From Candidatus Aenigmatarchaeota archaeon (GTDB taxonomy: Archaea > Aenigmatarchaeota > Aenigmatarchaeia > Aenigmatarchaeales > Aenigmatarchaeaceae), in contig JBDRJK010000021.1 in assembly GCA_043814985.1 (NCBI GenBank), forward strand, positions 7,253-71,252: DNA of 64,000 bases, in the 5' to 3' direction. A program made the position numbers and the translations under genes. Position 1 is the stretch's first letter, and every line of letters begins with the position of its first letter. The notes below the pieces were generated by a model. That model searched no databases. It was not told the DNA's origin and was given only the letters and a program-made list of their open reading frames with translations. Of this stretch, positions 1-9,272 are shown in pieces.

Positions 1-3000
1 TTCCATCCACAGACTCTCCTTTTCAGCCCTGTCTCTCCATTGAGCCCAAGTGATGCTTGGGAAGTCTGGCAATTCATAAGTCGGTAAAGTGCTTCCACAA
101 GACGAATCAGCAACGCATCTGGAAGCACCATAGCCGTCAGAGGCTATGCAGCCACTAGGCGTGCATGTCCTTGTTCTCTGCCTTTGGGTAGAAGAACAAG
201 AGCCTCCCCCGCATGAGCCGCTAACCCAGTCAGTGCAGGAGCAGGTTGTCTGCTGGCTTTCAGATGCGAAAGACTGCATGACGTCGAAAAGTTCCGGATA
301 ATCCCTTATGTTCCACTCTTCTGTTCCTCCCTGCGGAGCTGGAACGTACATGAATGCTAGGGCAACATCGACTCCCAAGTCCTTCATCTTTTGAAGAGTT
401 GCTTGGTAAAAAGCTACAGTTTTCACAGGACCGTTTTCGTTTCCGCCCCATTCCGTGGCCCAGAGTTCCATTCCTGCGTTATGCGCGTCTGCAACAGCGT
501 CCTCGACGCTCTGCCAATTGCTGTCCCAAGCTACAGAATTATCATATCTTCCATCCAGATAATGGTTAATGCTAATGTAATCAAATGTGTTCTTGTACCT
601 TTCAGCATCGAATACTGGTCCATTGATTGCATAGGGGCTGTCCGGCAGGCTGTACCTGAAAGTTACTTTGGATTCAGGATCGTTGCTTTGTACCACAGCT
701 ACGGCATCGTCCCAGTAGTCCATCCATTGATTATAGAGTTGGGTATCAGAATTTGATTCCACTCTGCCAGCCTCATTCAATATTGAGTAGCTATGCTTTG
801 GATATGAGGCAAGTCCTTTTGTGTAATAGTCTATCATGTTCAGGTAGTATTGCCTGTATGTGGGATTTGTTGCAATCTGGCGCGTAGACCCGCTTATTTG
901 TCCACCTACTTGGAGATAAGGAACTGTCCATAGAGCGCTTGGTGTGATTGTATGAAAGTCAATCTGCACATTTATTCCCTTCTGCTCTGCAACTGTAAGA
1001 ATCTGTCTTAAAGCGTTTAGAGTTGAAGTACTATATTGGCCTAAAACAGGTTCAAGAACTTGCCATATAAGCCTGACACTAACATACTTGATGCCATGCT
1101 GCCTGAACATTTCAAAGTCACTTTCTATTCTGCTGTTGGAAGGTGCATCCCAAAAATAATAGTTAACACCAACTCCAAAACCATCACTTGTTGTACCTCC
1201 AGTACATGTCTGGTCAATTTGAGACTGAAAGTCGACGAGTTCATCGTATGCAGGCTCTGGGCCTCCTGCGCCGTAGATGTTGAAACCTTCGTCCAGTCCA
1301 GTCCTTCTTGTTTCCCATGCCCATGCATATGCCCTTTGCACTATTCCTGCTTCTTCAAATTTCTGCAGGCTCTGTGTATAATGGATTCTATTTTGCTCAA
1401 GGTTTGTGTTGTCGTCCCCGAACTCTATGATCCAGAGTGACTTGTTCCTAGTCTTCAAATCAGATATAGTGTTGTCCCAATGAGACCATCTACCATTGCC
1501 TTCATTTGCATTTGGATTGGACGGGTCCAGATATATGGTTAATGCGAATACATCGAACACGTCATACAATGAATCGCTGTATTTACCACTTCCAGGAGTG
1601 TACGAAAGTGTGAAGCGACATATTATGGTATGTGAGTTATCCACAGACTCTATGGCGTCATAAGTATCCCTTATTAACTGCTCCATAGGAGCCCTTTGGT
1701 CAGCAGTGTTGTACCAAGGCTCGTTTAGTATGGCCCATGATTCAAGAGCAGGATAGTCTTTCAACTCTGCTACTACTGCCTTTACATATCTAAGCCAGTA
1801 ACTTTTTGTTGGATTTAAAAGCAAGCTAAAGTAGTTAGTACCTGCCCATGAGGGGAATCCTAAATTCCAACCGAACTGCGTCCAAAAGTCCAGATTGACT
1901 TTAATCCCATTGTTGTTAGCAGCATTGAGCACCCTCTTTATATTGTTAAGGTTTCCTGTGCTTAGCTGTGCGTTTCCAGAGTTATAATTAGGCTCCATCA
2001 CGCTCCACATTACACGTACAGAGATGTGCTTTATTCCATCGTTGGCAAACCTTGAGAAATCAGCATTCAATTGGCTATCAGACTCTGACCAGGCATTGCC
2101 GCCTGATATATAATTTATTCCCATAGCCATGCAGCTGTCACCGCTGAAGGTAACAGTCGTTGTGTCGCTATCATAACCAGCACCCGCATTTACTGTAACA
2201 GTGGCAGTGCCTGGCGAGGACGAGCTTATGGTCCTAGAGCATTTGCCATTAGCATCAGCTGTGCAGCCGGATCTGTCAATGGTGCCTAAGTTTGTTGAGA
2301 AAGCTATGTATAGAGTTGGATAAGATGGGTTTGTTTGTGCTGTTAAGGTTGATGTTCCACCTACTGGTATTGATGATGGTGAAGCAGAAACTGATAAAGA
2401 TGGAGAGGAGCTTCCACAAGAAGCATCAGCAACGCATCTGCTTGTTCCCAAACCATCGGATGGAGTACAACCAGTAGGAGTGCATGTCCTTGTTCTCTGT
2501 CTTTGTGTAGAGGAACAAGAACCTCCTCCACACGATCTTGATACCCAGCCAGTGCAGGAGCAGGTTGAAGATGCTGGTGGAATAACCAAACCTAAATCTT
2601 TGTAACGTTGCCAGTTCTCATCATCTTCTCTAAGCCAAATAAAGTTGATTATAATTATGTCAGGATCAGATATGGAACGATCATAGCAATATTCAAGGAA
2701 CTCATTGAGCTCAGCTACTTCCGAACTATCAAACTCGTTTCTCTCCCTATAGTCTGCGCCAACCTCAGTGTTCGCCATCCAGGTTACACCGTTATCAATG
2801 AAGTGCTGCATATCAGCCTTTGCACTCTCTACAGTTTCATCATTGAAGTATGCGTGTATTCCTTGGTAGAATTTATTTTGAGGATCATTGATTTTATCGT
2901 AGGTATGCATCCAGAACCTGTCCATAACCAATATATTCGTTATTCCAGCTTGCCGAAGTTTCATTGTCATGTCATCCATAGTGTCATAAAAGTCATAGCC

Positions 3001-5541
3001 ATTGCTTTCTAAGTTAAACCGTGATAAGACGCTGTCCGGACCAGTTAAGGATAATTCATTGGAAAGTTCGTACCAGACCCTGTGAGAATATTCTTTGTTG
3101 TTGGTTTGTTCTAGGTTCTCGACTTGGTTCTGCGTGGAAATTATGTCATTTATTGCAGTTTGATAATTCTGCATGAATCTAACTGCACCTGAAGAATCTG
3201 GAGGATAAACATGATTTCGATCAACAATAATTATCCAATCATCTGGGGTGTTCTCAAGATAGTGTTCTATGTAAGAAAATCTGTATGGATGAACAGTTGA
3301 CGCCCATGAAGGATTATATGGTAGACGGAAAATTTTCATGTTATTTTCACTCATAAGATTTAAGACGTTGTCTATTTCTGATATTGAAGAAAAATATCCA
3401 CTAAAACCAATTAAAGGGATGTTTGTTGAAGTTGTTGTTGGTTCTTCTGATTGTTTACAGCAGCACACACCAGAGGAACAGCCGTTCTGGTCGATGGATT
3501 TTTCATCTGACGAACAGGTGGCTGTTGATGATGGAGGTTTTGTTGTTATCGGGCTTTTGCTTAAAATAATGTCGTCAAAGTAAACCGTCTTTGTAGACTC
3601 TACTACATCAGTATAATGTTTGACAGGTATCCAGTTGAATTCGTCCTGCTTGAACCGAGTCTGTATATTTCTCCAGTTCACAACTTTTGTTCCATCGATC
3701 CACACCTCAACCACTCCGTTTGTCGGATGGCGCACTACATGATATTGCATAGTGTGCCAAACTCCCCTGGTGAAATAAAAATCAGTGATTGCATCTTCCG
3801 AGTCAACTATCATCCCGTTTTCTACCTTTTGTCTGCCTAACTTGAACCTTAGTTCGTTTCCCTCGAATACAGGTTCGATACGCAAAGTGTTCTGTTCGTC
3901 AACATACTCGAACATTAGGCCTTGGAAAACAAACCATTCGTTTACTCCTGTGAGTAAGAAATCTGATGGAAAAAGGATTTTCACTTGTACCCAGTATTCT
4001 GCTTCACTGAGATATTGAATAACCTCTGTTGATCTGGCTGTGGCTGTTTCTCCTGGCGCAGTGACTTTTAGCACCCTGTTTCCACTATTTTCTGGATCAT
4101 AAGCAAAACTGATAGTTTCTGGACGATATATATGACCTTCGCCCCATCCCGTGAGTTCTCCGCCGACCAGCTGTGTCGTCGAAAAGTCATCTTGCAAAAT
4201 TATGTCTTCAGATGTTCCTTCCCCTCCTCCTGAAGTTCCTCCTTCTGCAAGAGCATTCTTCAATACCTGACCCGAAGCTGTTGGAGTTTCCCAATCATAA
4301 GCCAACAAAGCATGATTTTCCCCTTCTGCATTTGCACCTCCACCAGTGTCTTGTATCCTAAGCCACCACCATGCAACATATCCCATACTCCAATCAGTTC
4401 CATCATTGTTTTCTTGTCCGTTGGCGATTCTAGTCATTAGTCTAACAAATTCAACTTCGTCTTGGTTTCTATAATCTCCGCCAAACTCCTGAACCATTAT
4501 CGGAGCTTTATCAAGAACGTAATCCCATCCCCAATCTCTTATTTCATCTTTTATTCCTTGAACTGTATCATGTCCACCGAACTCATGTGCATATTGGTGA
4601 TAAACATAAACAAGGTTTTCTCCATCTAAGAAGTCAATATTAGGATTGTCCCGGATTGGACGAGCATCATGGCTCCACCCTTGAACTGCAACCATAATCA
4701 GATTTTTTGCTCCTGTCGAACGAATAGCGTCTATAGCTAGTTGAATTGCATCCCACCATTCTTCGTCTGTAACATCATGCGGTTCGTTCCAGGGACCAAA
4801 TATGACATAAGGATTGTCTTTGTAAAGGTTGGCTATTTCTTTCCAAGTTTCAATCCAATCATCTATGTTAGGAGGCATTCTCATTAATTGTCCACTGTAG
4901 TCATGCTCATGAGGATATGTAATAGGGTCACCTCTAACCCACCAAATCAATGAAAGATCAGTGTAGATTCCACGTTCAGCTCCCCAGTCAATTGCTTGTT
5001 GCATCTCCAGTCTGTTTTTTCCTTCCTCCCAATACTCTCTAGTGAACGGAACCCTGACATAATTCGCTCCCCATTTTTCTATTTCATCCCAAGCATGTTC
5101 TGTCCAATCAATCTCAGTTGCTGGGTCACGTCCTGGTTTTGCTATCCAATTCAATCCAGGACGGTTTACTCCACGAAGAAACACAACATTATTGTTAGAA
5201 TCCTTGATCCACCTTCCTTCTGTTTTTAATTCACCATCAGAAGGAGGCTCTACTGGCGGTGTTCCAGAAAATCTGCAAGTTCCTGAGTAAGATGCGCCGA
5301 ATTGCAATTGGCATGCTTGGTTGCAATTCTCACTTGGTGTAATATCATCTGGAGGCGTAGTATCATCAGGAATATTGCCAAAGACTGTTGAAATAGCAGT
5401 GTTTATAAGATCCATTGCTTCATGTTCTCCTTCTGTCGTAAAAGCAAGCCCATAGTTTATAATAATCATAAAAGCGCTCGCGCCTAATAATGCTAACAAG
5501 ACAACTGTGAAAAAGCCCCATGTACCTCCCTTAAAGGCCAT
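1..5541 (-). CDS. Giant membrane-anchored multidomain glycoside hydrolase (>=1847 aa, 3' end outside window): pilin-like N-terminus, 4 GH-A/GH5-like domains, lyase/ConA-like domain, TSP1-like repeats, Big_1 Ig
   Basis: Hand translation from ATG 5541 (MAFKGGTWGFFTVVLLALLGASAFMIII) stays open to base 1. GH5 motifs: LRGVN, WGANYVRVP, WNEPH, NLVYVYHQY, PIMVQEFG. Further acid/base and nucleophile pairs: YELSNE/ANTEVG, AILNEPW/WIIEFG, SILNEAG/WATEWG. Not in the ORF track because there is no stop in the window. Confidence 0.93.
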   Translation of the reverse strand, partial: MAFKGGTWGFFTVVLLALLGASAFMIIINYGLAFTTEGEHEAMDLINTAISTVFGNIPDDTTPPDDITPSENCNQACQLQFGASYSGTCRFSGTPPVEPPSDGELKTEGRWIKDSNNNVVFLRGVNRPGLNWIAKPGRDPATEIDWTEHAWDEIEKWGANYVRVPFTREYWEEGKNRLEMQQAIDWGAERGIYTDLSLIWWVRGDPITYPHEHDYSGQLMRMPPNIDDWIETWKEIANLYKDNPYVIFGPWNEPHDVTDEEWWDAIQLAIDAIRSTGAKNLIMVAVQGWSHDARPIRDNPNIDFLDGENLVYVYHQYAHEFGGHDTVQGIKDEIRDWGWDYVLDKAPIMVQEFGGDYRNQDEVEFVRLMTRIANGQENNDGTDWSMGYVAWWWLRIQDTGGGANAEGENHALLAYDWETPTASGQVLKNALAEGGTSGGGEGTSEDIILQDDFSTTQLVGGELTGWGEGHIYRPETISFAYDPENSGNRVLKVTAPGETATARSTEVIQYLSEAEYWVQVKILFPSDFLLTGVNEWFVFQGLMFEYVDEQNTLRIEPVFEGNELRFKLGRQKVENGMIVDSEDAITDFYFTRGVWHTMQYHVVRHPTNGVVEVWIDGTKVVNWRNIQTRFKQDEFNWIPVKHYTDVVESTKTVYFDDIILSKSPITTKPPSSTATCSSDEKSIDQNGCSSGVCCCKQSEEPTTTSTNIPLIGFSGYFSSISEIDNVLNLMSENNMKIFRLPYNPSWASTVHPYRFSYIEHYLENTPDDWIIIVDRNHVYPPDSSGAVRFMQNYQTAINDIISTQNQVENLEQTNNKEYSHRVWYELSNELSLTGPDSVLSRFNLESNGYDFYDTMDDMTMKLRQAGITNILVMDRFWMHTYDKINDPQNKFYQGIHAYFNDETVESAKADMQHFIDNGVTWMANTEVGADYRERNEFDSSEVAELNEFLEYCYDRSISDPDIIIINFIWLREDDENWQRYKDLGLVIPPASSTCSCTGWVSRSCGGGSCSSTQRQRTRTCTPTGCTPSDGLGTSRCVADASCGSSSPSLSVSASPSSIPVGGTSTLTAQTNPSYPTLYIAFSTNLGTIDRSGCTADANGKCSRTISSSSPGTATVTVNAGAGYDSDTTTVTFSGDSCMAMGINYISGGNAWSESDSQLNADFSRFANDGIKHISVRVMWSVMEPNYNSGNAQLSTGNLNNIKRVLNAANNNGIKVNLDFWTQFGWNLGFPSWAGTNYFSLLLNPTKSYWLRYVKAVVAELKDYPALESWAILNEPWYNTADQRAPMEQLIRDTYDAIESVDNSHTIICRFTLSYTPGSGKYSDSLYDVFDVFALTIYLDPSNPNANEGNGRWSHWDNTISDLKTRNKSLWIIEFGDDNTNLEQNRIHYTQSLQKFEEAGIVQRAYAWAWETRRTGLDEGFNIYGAGGPEPAYDELVDFQSQIDQTCTGGTTSDGFGVGVNYYFWDAPSNSRIESDFEMFRQHGIKYVSVRLIWQVLEPVLGQYSTSTLNALRQILTVAEQKGINVQIDFHTITPSALWTVPYLQVGGQISGSTRQIATNPTYRQYYLNMIDYYTKGLASYPKHSYSILNEAGRVESNSDTQLYNQWMDYWDDAVAVVQSNDPESKVTFRYSLPDSPYAINGPVFDAERYKNTFDYISINHYLDGRYDNSVAWDSNWQSVEDAVADAHNAGMELWATEWGGNENGPVKTVAFYQATLQKMKDLGVDVALAFMYVPAPQGGTEEWNIRDYPELFDVMQSFASESQQTTCSCTDWVSGSCGGGSCSSTQRQRTRTCTPSGCIASDGYGASRCVADSSCGSTLPTYELPDFPSITWAQWRDRAEKESLWME
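91..247 (-). repeat. Cys-rich TSP1-like repeat, copy B (copy A at 2410-2566)
   Basis: TCSCTDWVSGSCGGGSCSSTQRQRTRTCTPSGCIASDGYGASRCVADSSCGS, colinear with copy A at an offset of 2319 nt. Confidence 0.9.
2410..2566 (-). repeat. Cys-rich TSP1-like repeat, copy A
   Basis: TCSCTGWVSRSCGGGSCSSTQRQRTRTCTPTGCTPSDGLGTSRCVADASCGS. Confidence 0.9.
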
Positions 5542-5563
5542 ATATAGAAATATCAATTGTCTG

Positions 5564-5575
5564 GCTTATAAATTT
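5564..5575 (-). promoter_or_regulatory. Putative TATA box for a leaderless transcript of the giant GH gene
   Basis: Minus-strand TTTATAAG about 24-31 nt upstream of ATG 5541. Confidence 0.55.
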
Positions 5576-5596
5576 CAAGGAATTGTGATATGAGAA

Positions 5597-8227
5597 TCAA
5601 CTTAAGTACAACAAAAATTCCTCGTACCTAATCATGCCTTCGCTCTCTCCTGCTAATGCTATCGTATATGTTCCTTCAGGTGTTCCTGGTTCCACTTCAA
5701 TTGTCATCATAGAACCGGGCGGCCCTTCAACAGGGTTAGTGTCAAAGCTGACAGTTATTCCTGTTACTTGTGGGTAAATGGTATAGCTAAGGTAAATGGG
5801 CTTTCTGTCAGGGCCCAAATAATCTATTGTTATGAAAGTTTCTAGGGTTTGGGTATCATCGAGGCTCTTGTCTATTTTCACTAATTGCGATTTGACTCCT
5901 TCCTGATTCTCTGCTTTATCAACTGAGAAATACCTCACATAGCTTGTTCCCCCCGACAGGATGAATGTGGAATAATATATTGATTCAGAAGGGTCACACC
6001 AGTCATTATTAGCATAGCAATAAAAAGTTTTATCACAGCCACTAACATCATCCGAGCATTTTAGCGATATGCTGACATCTCTGTTATACCAGCACTGGTC
6101 AAGGCAGGTCTGGTCATTGCACTGTATTGTTGTTATTGGTGGGAAAATGTCAGCACATTTTATATCATAGCTACAAGAGTATGAACCTTCAGTACATCTT
6201 TCAAAGTCCTCGCAGTCGTCATGGAGATTAAATTCATTGGAAACTGTTGCGCCATTGCACAGATAGCTGGAGCCAGAGCAATACCTGTCTTGATAGCTCA
6301 CGTATACGTCATCCCCACAAGCAGTTCCGTCGCGGCACTCATAGACAGCATCGTAATTCTCATCGCAAAGATATGTGTCTTGCCTGTATAAGTCAGTGGG
6401 GCATGTTGAGCTCGAGCCAGTACAGTATTCTGTTAAATCGCAGGTTCCTCTAGAAGCCCTGCATGGAAAATTAGATTCCCTGTAGTTGCAGCCATCACAG
6501 CAAACTCCAGACGAGCATTCGCAGTCACAGCTGGGATCATAGCTACAAGAGGATGAACCTTCAGTACATCTTTCAGTGTCTGAGCAACCATCATAAAACT
6601 GGTAGTTGGTCCAGTTTGTTGCGCCATTGCACAGATAGCTGGAGCCAGAGCAATGTCTCTCATTATACCTCACGGCTACATCATCGCCACACTCAGTTCC
6701 CCAATAACAACTATAGTCAGTCTGATAATAATAATTGCAGATATAGCTGGAAGACCTGAAATTGCCGCTGGTGTCGCAGCATGGTCCAGAGCCTGGTGCG
6801 CAATCATTTTGTGTGATTTGTGTAAAGGTGACAGTCGTTGTATCAGGTTCATAGCCACCTGCATCTGCTGTCACAGTTGCAGTGCCTGCTGTATTAGAGG
6901 TTATTGTCACAGAGTACTTTCCTGTGCTGTCGGCTGTGCCTGATGATCTTGACAGAGTGCCTAGAGTTGTTGAGAAAACTATGTACAATCCTACATTAAC
7001 CGGGTTTGAGTATGCTGTAAGTGTTGATGTTGTTGTACCGTCTGCTGGTACGGAGGATGGTGAAGCAATCAATGTTAATCTAGGTTCTCCTCCAGAACTT
7101 TGACATGTTCCACTAATACAAGTATCAGTTCCAGAACATGTTCCACAGCTTCCACTACAACCATCAGACCCACAATTCTTTCCTACACAGTTGGGTGTAC
7201 AATCAAAATATGCGATAAATGTACCTACCACACCTGCCAATGCGTTGAATGACGGCAAGGGGCTAAAAGTCTGAGTGTAACCGTTTGATGCCCACATATA
7301 ATCTAAAGCATAGCCGGGGTAGTTAGAAGCTGATATTGATACATAGGTGCCAGCAGCAACTGTTATTGTTTTGCTTGTTGATGTGCATTGGCTGTTAAGA
7401 CATATCTGGCCCCAGTTCTGAGGCGAAACCATGATTGTATATGTGGCATCGTCTTCAGCAATAAGATTGCATTCCCCGTTTTGACATTCATATCCATTTG
7501 AACATGTTCCGCAGTTAATCGTCCCTCCGCAACCATTATTCTGAACTCCACATTCGTAACCAAGACTCCAGCACGTGTTAGGACATTCACACTTGCAGTT
7601 TTCATTACAAAAACCATCGCCAACACATAGGTTATCATTTCGTATTGTAGTACCACAGCCACCAGACATGGTACAACCAGATTCACAACATTCACTTCTA
7701 CAATTGCAGAATTCCTCTTCCCAACAGGAACAATAGAAGCTTGGGTCTTTATTGTATCCAATTCCAAAATTTACACAACTATAGTGGCATGTCTCGCCAG
7801 CACAAAAGGGAAAACCATTACAAAGGTTTATATTTTGACCAATACCAGCTACACTATATCCTTCTTGTTCGCATTTGTAATCGCATGGCTGAACAGGACA
7901 TTGTGCCGGACAATTACAGTAATCACAATGAACATCATCCCAGCAGTAACATATTATCCATTCAGAACCAAGACGTTCAGAGCAGTCACTAGGACCAATC
8001 TCATGACAATTATAGCGGCATGTCTCGCCAGTACAATAAGGAAAACCACTACAAGGATTTGGATCTCTAAAACTACATCCTCCATAATCATAACCACTGC
8101 ATGCATCAGTACATTCTGAGGCAATAACCCCCGTTGAAAATAAGAGAAAGATGTTTAAGGATAAAAATAATACAAGGTATTTACATATTGGATTTTTACT
8201 GATATTTATCACCATTGAAACCTTCAT
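5597..8227 (-). CDS. Secreted Cys-rich adhesin-like protein (876 aa) with Big_1, disintegrin-like, internal repeats and a C-terminal Ig-like domain
   Basis: Sec-like signal LVLFLSLNIFLLFSTGVIA; very Cys-rich; ASPSSVPADG...FSTTLGTL...AGTATVTA (Big_1); CCDGCNY...CRASRGTCDLTEYCTGSSSTCPTD (disintegrin-like). Confidence 0.85.
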   Translation of the reverse strand: MKVSMVINISKNPICKYLVLFLSLNIFLLFSTGVIASECTDACSGYDYGGCSFRDPNPCSGFPYCTGETCRYNCHEIGPSDCSERLGSEWIICYCWDDVHCDYCNCPAQCPVQPCDYKCEQEGYSVAGIGQNINLCNGFPFCAGETCHYSCVNFGIGYNKDPSFYCSCWEEEFCNCRSECCESGCTMSGGCGTTIRNDNLCVGDGFCNENCKCECPNTCWSLGYECGVQNNGCGGTINCGTCSNGYECQNGECNLIAEDDATYTIMVSPQNWGQICLNSQCTSTSKTITVAAGTYVSISASNYPGYALDYMWASNGYTQTFSPLPSFNALAGVVGTFIAYFDCTPNCVGKNCGSDGCSGSCGTCSGTDTCISGTCQSSGGEPRLTLIASPSSVPADGTTTSTLTAYSNPVNVGLYIVFSTTLGTLSRSSGTADSTGKYSVTITSNTAGTATVTADAGGYEPDTTTVTFTQITQNDCAPGSGPCCDTSGNFRSSSYICNYYYQTDYSCYWGTECGDDVAVRYNERHCSGSSYLCNGATNWTNYQFYDGCSDTERCTEGSSSCSYDPSCDCECSSGVCCDGCNYRESNFPCRASRGTCDLTEYCTGSSSTCPTDLYRQDTYLCDENYDAVYECRDGTACGDDVYVSYQDRYCSGSSYLCNGATVSNEFNLHDDCEDFERCTEGSYSCSYDIKCADIFPPITTIQCNDQTCLDQCWYNRDVSISLKCSDDVSGCDKTFYCYANNDWCDPSESIYYSTFILSGGTSYVRYFSVDKAENQEGVKSQLVKIDKSLDDTQTLETFITIDYLGPDRKPIYLSYTIYPQVTGITVSFDTNPVEGPPGSMMTIEVEPGTPEGTYTIALAGESEGMIRYEEFLLYLS
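6245..6654. repeat. Intragenic direct repeat with an identical 38-bp core (6245-6282 = 6617-6654), period 372 nt
   Basis: tgttgcgccattgcacagatagctggagccagagcaat occurs twice; peptide repeat CGDDVxV...CSGSSYLCNGAT...ERCTEGSxSCSYD. Confidence 0.9.
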
Positions 8228-9272
8228 TCTTTAGATACATTTCAAATATAATAGAGTCATCTTTGACAATTTTGGTAACCAATATTTTTCCGTCATACCT
8301 GTAAAAATCAAATCTATTAGGATTATCTTCTTGTGAGGTTAAATATTCCAGTTCTGCATCATCTGAAGAAAATGGGAAAACCATTGCTTTGATTAAGGAG
8401 AATATGTTTTCAAAATCTGTTTCTGAAAAAATAATACTGGAAATTCCTGAGTCTAAATCATAATTTATTACGAGGTTTTCTTCCGAACCCTCACAAAAGA
8501 TATTTAGAGAGTATTCATTCTGATACATGCGTATATAATCTAGTCTGCAAATACTCAAAATCTGAAAAGCTATTCTAGCTTTTTCATCAAAAGGGAGTTT
8601 CTCATCGACTATTATTGGGAAAGAATATGATGTTTTGTTCAAATTAAAGTTTAAAATTGTGTCATAGTAATTACAGGTAAGTTTTACAGACGAAAACATC
8701 TCTTCATTATGAACAAATTCATCATAATCATAAGGCGAGCAATTGTAGAATTCCTTTATGTCTTCATGAACAACATCAGTAAACTCTTCATCTCTACCGT
8801 TTTCAAGCTTAAAGTTGTCAACATCAAAATAATATATCTTAACTATTCCATTATCACAGTAAAAGAACAGATTGTTGTTTTTGGAGTAAAGGAAGTCGCA
8901 GTTGTTATTAGTCAAATCATTGAATACACCCGGTTGTTCCCTCAAAAAAGACCAGCCGTTCATGTCACTAATAATATTTCCGTTTTCAAATTCGGCATAG
9001 TATGGTCTGTCATTGCAAATCATCCAGAACTTGTCGCTGTCTAGGCTTAACTCCTCTCTTTTAATGTCGCAGAACTCTAGATCAGCTTCTAATAATTCCA
9101 AAACAGTTTCTCTGCCTAATGAATCTTGAAGGGAACTGTCCTTTGGTTCCCCATACAAATAATTTATTGACAAGAATATCGCAAATACTATTATCAGACT
9201 TATCAACAATGGCACAAAAACATTCAAGTCCAGTTTCAAGGCTCCAGTAGATTTTCTTTTTCTCATGGGCAT
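8196..9272 (-). CDS. Hypothetical membrane-anchored acidic protein (T4P locus)
   Basis: 358-aa ORF; basic N-terminus then one TM helix; overlaps both neighbours. Confidence 0.8.
   Translation of the reverse strand: MPMRKRKSTGALKLDLNVFVPLLISLIIVFAIFLSINYLYGEPKDSSLQDSLGRETVLELLEADLEFCDIKREELSLDSDKFWMICNDRPYYAEFENGNIISDMNGWSFLREQPGVFNDLTNNNCDFLYSKNNNLFFYCDNGIVKIYYFDVDNFKLENGRDEEFTDVVHEDIKEFYNCSPYDYDEFVHNEEMFSSVKLTCNYYDTILNFNLNKTSYSFPIIVDEKLPFDEKARIAFQILSICRLDYIRMYQNEYSLNIFCEGSEENLVINYDLDSGISSIIFSETDFENIFSLIKAMVFPFSSDDAELEYLTSQEDNPNRFDFYRYDGKILVTKIVKDDSIIFEMYLKNEGFNGDKYQ

Noticed and set aside
1-5541. Apparent ORF desert suggesting non-coding DNA, a pseudogene or a recoded genetic code
   Set aside because: One minus-strand frame is open throughout in the standard code; the short listed ORFs are shadows of it
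91-6654. Repeat pairs as diversity-generating retroelement TR/VR
   Set aside because: Both copies are in-frame coding, mismatches do not look adenine-specific, and no reverse transcriptase is in the window
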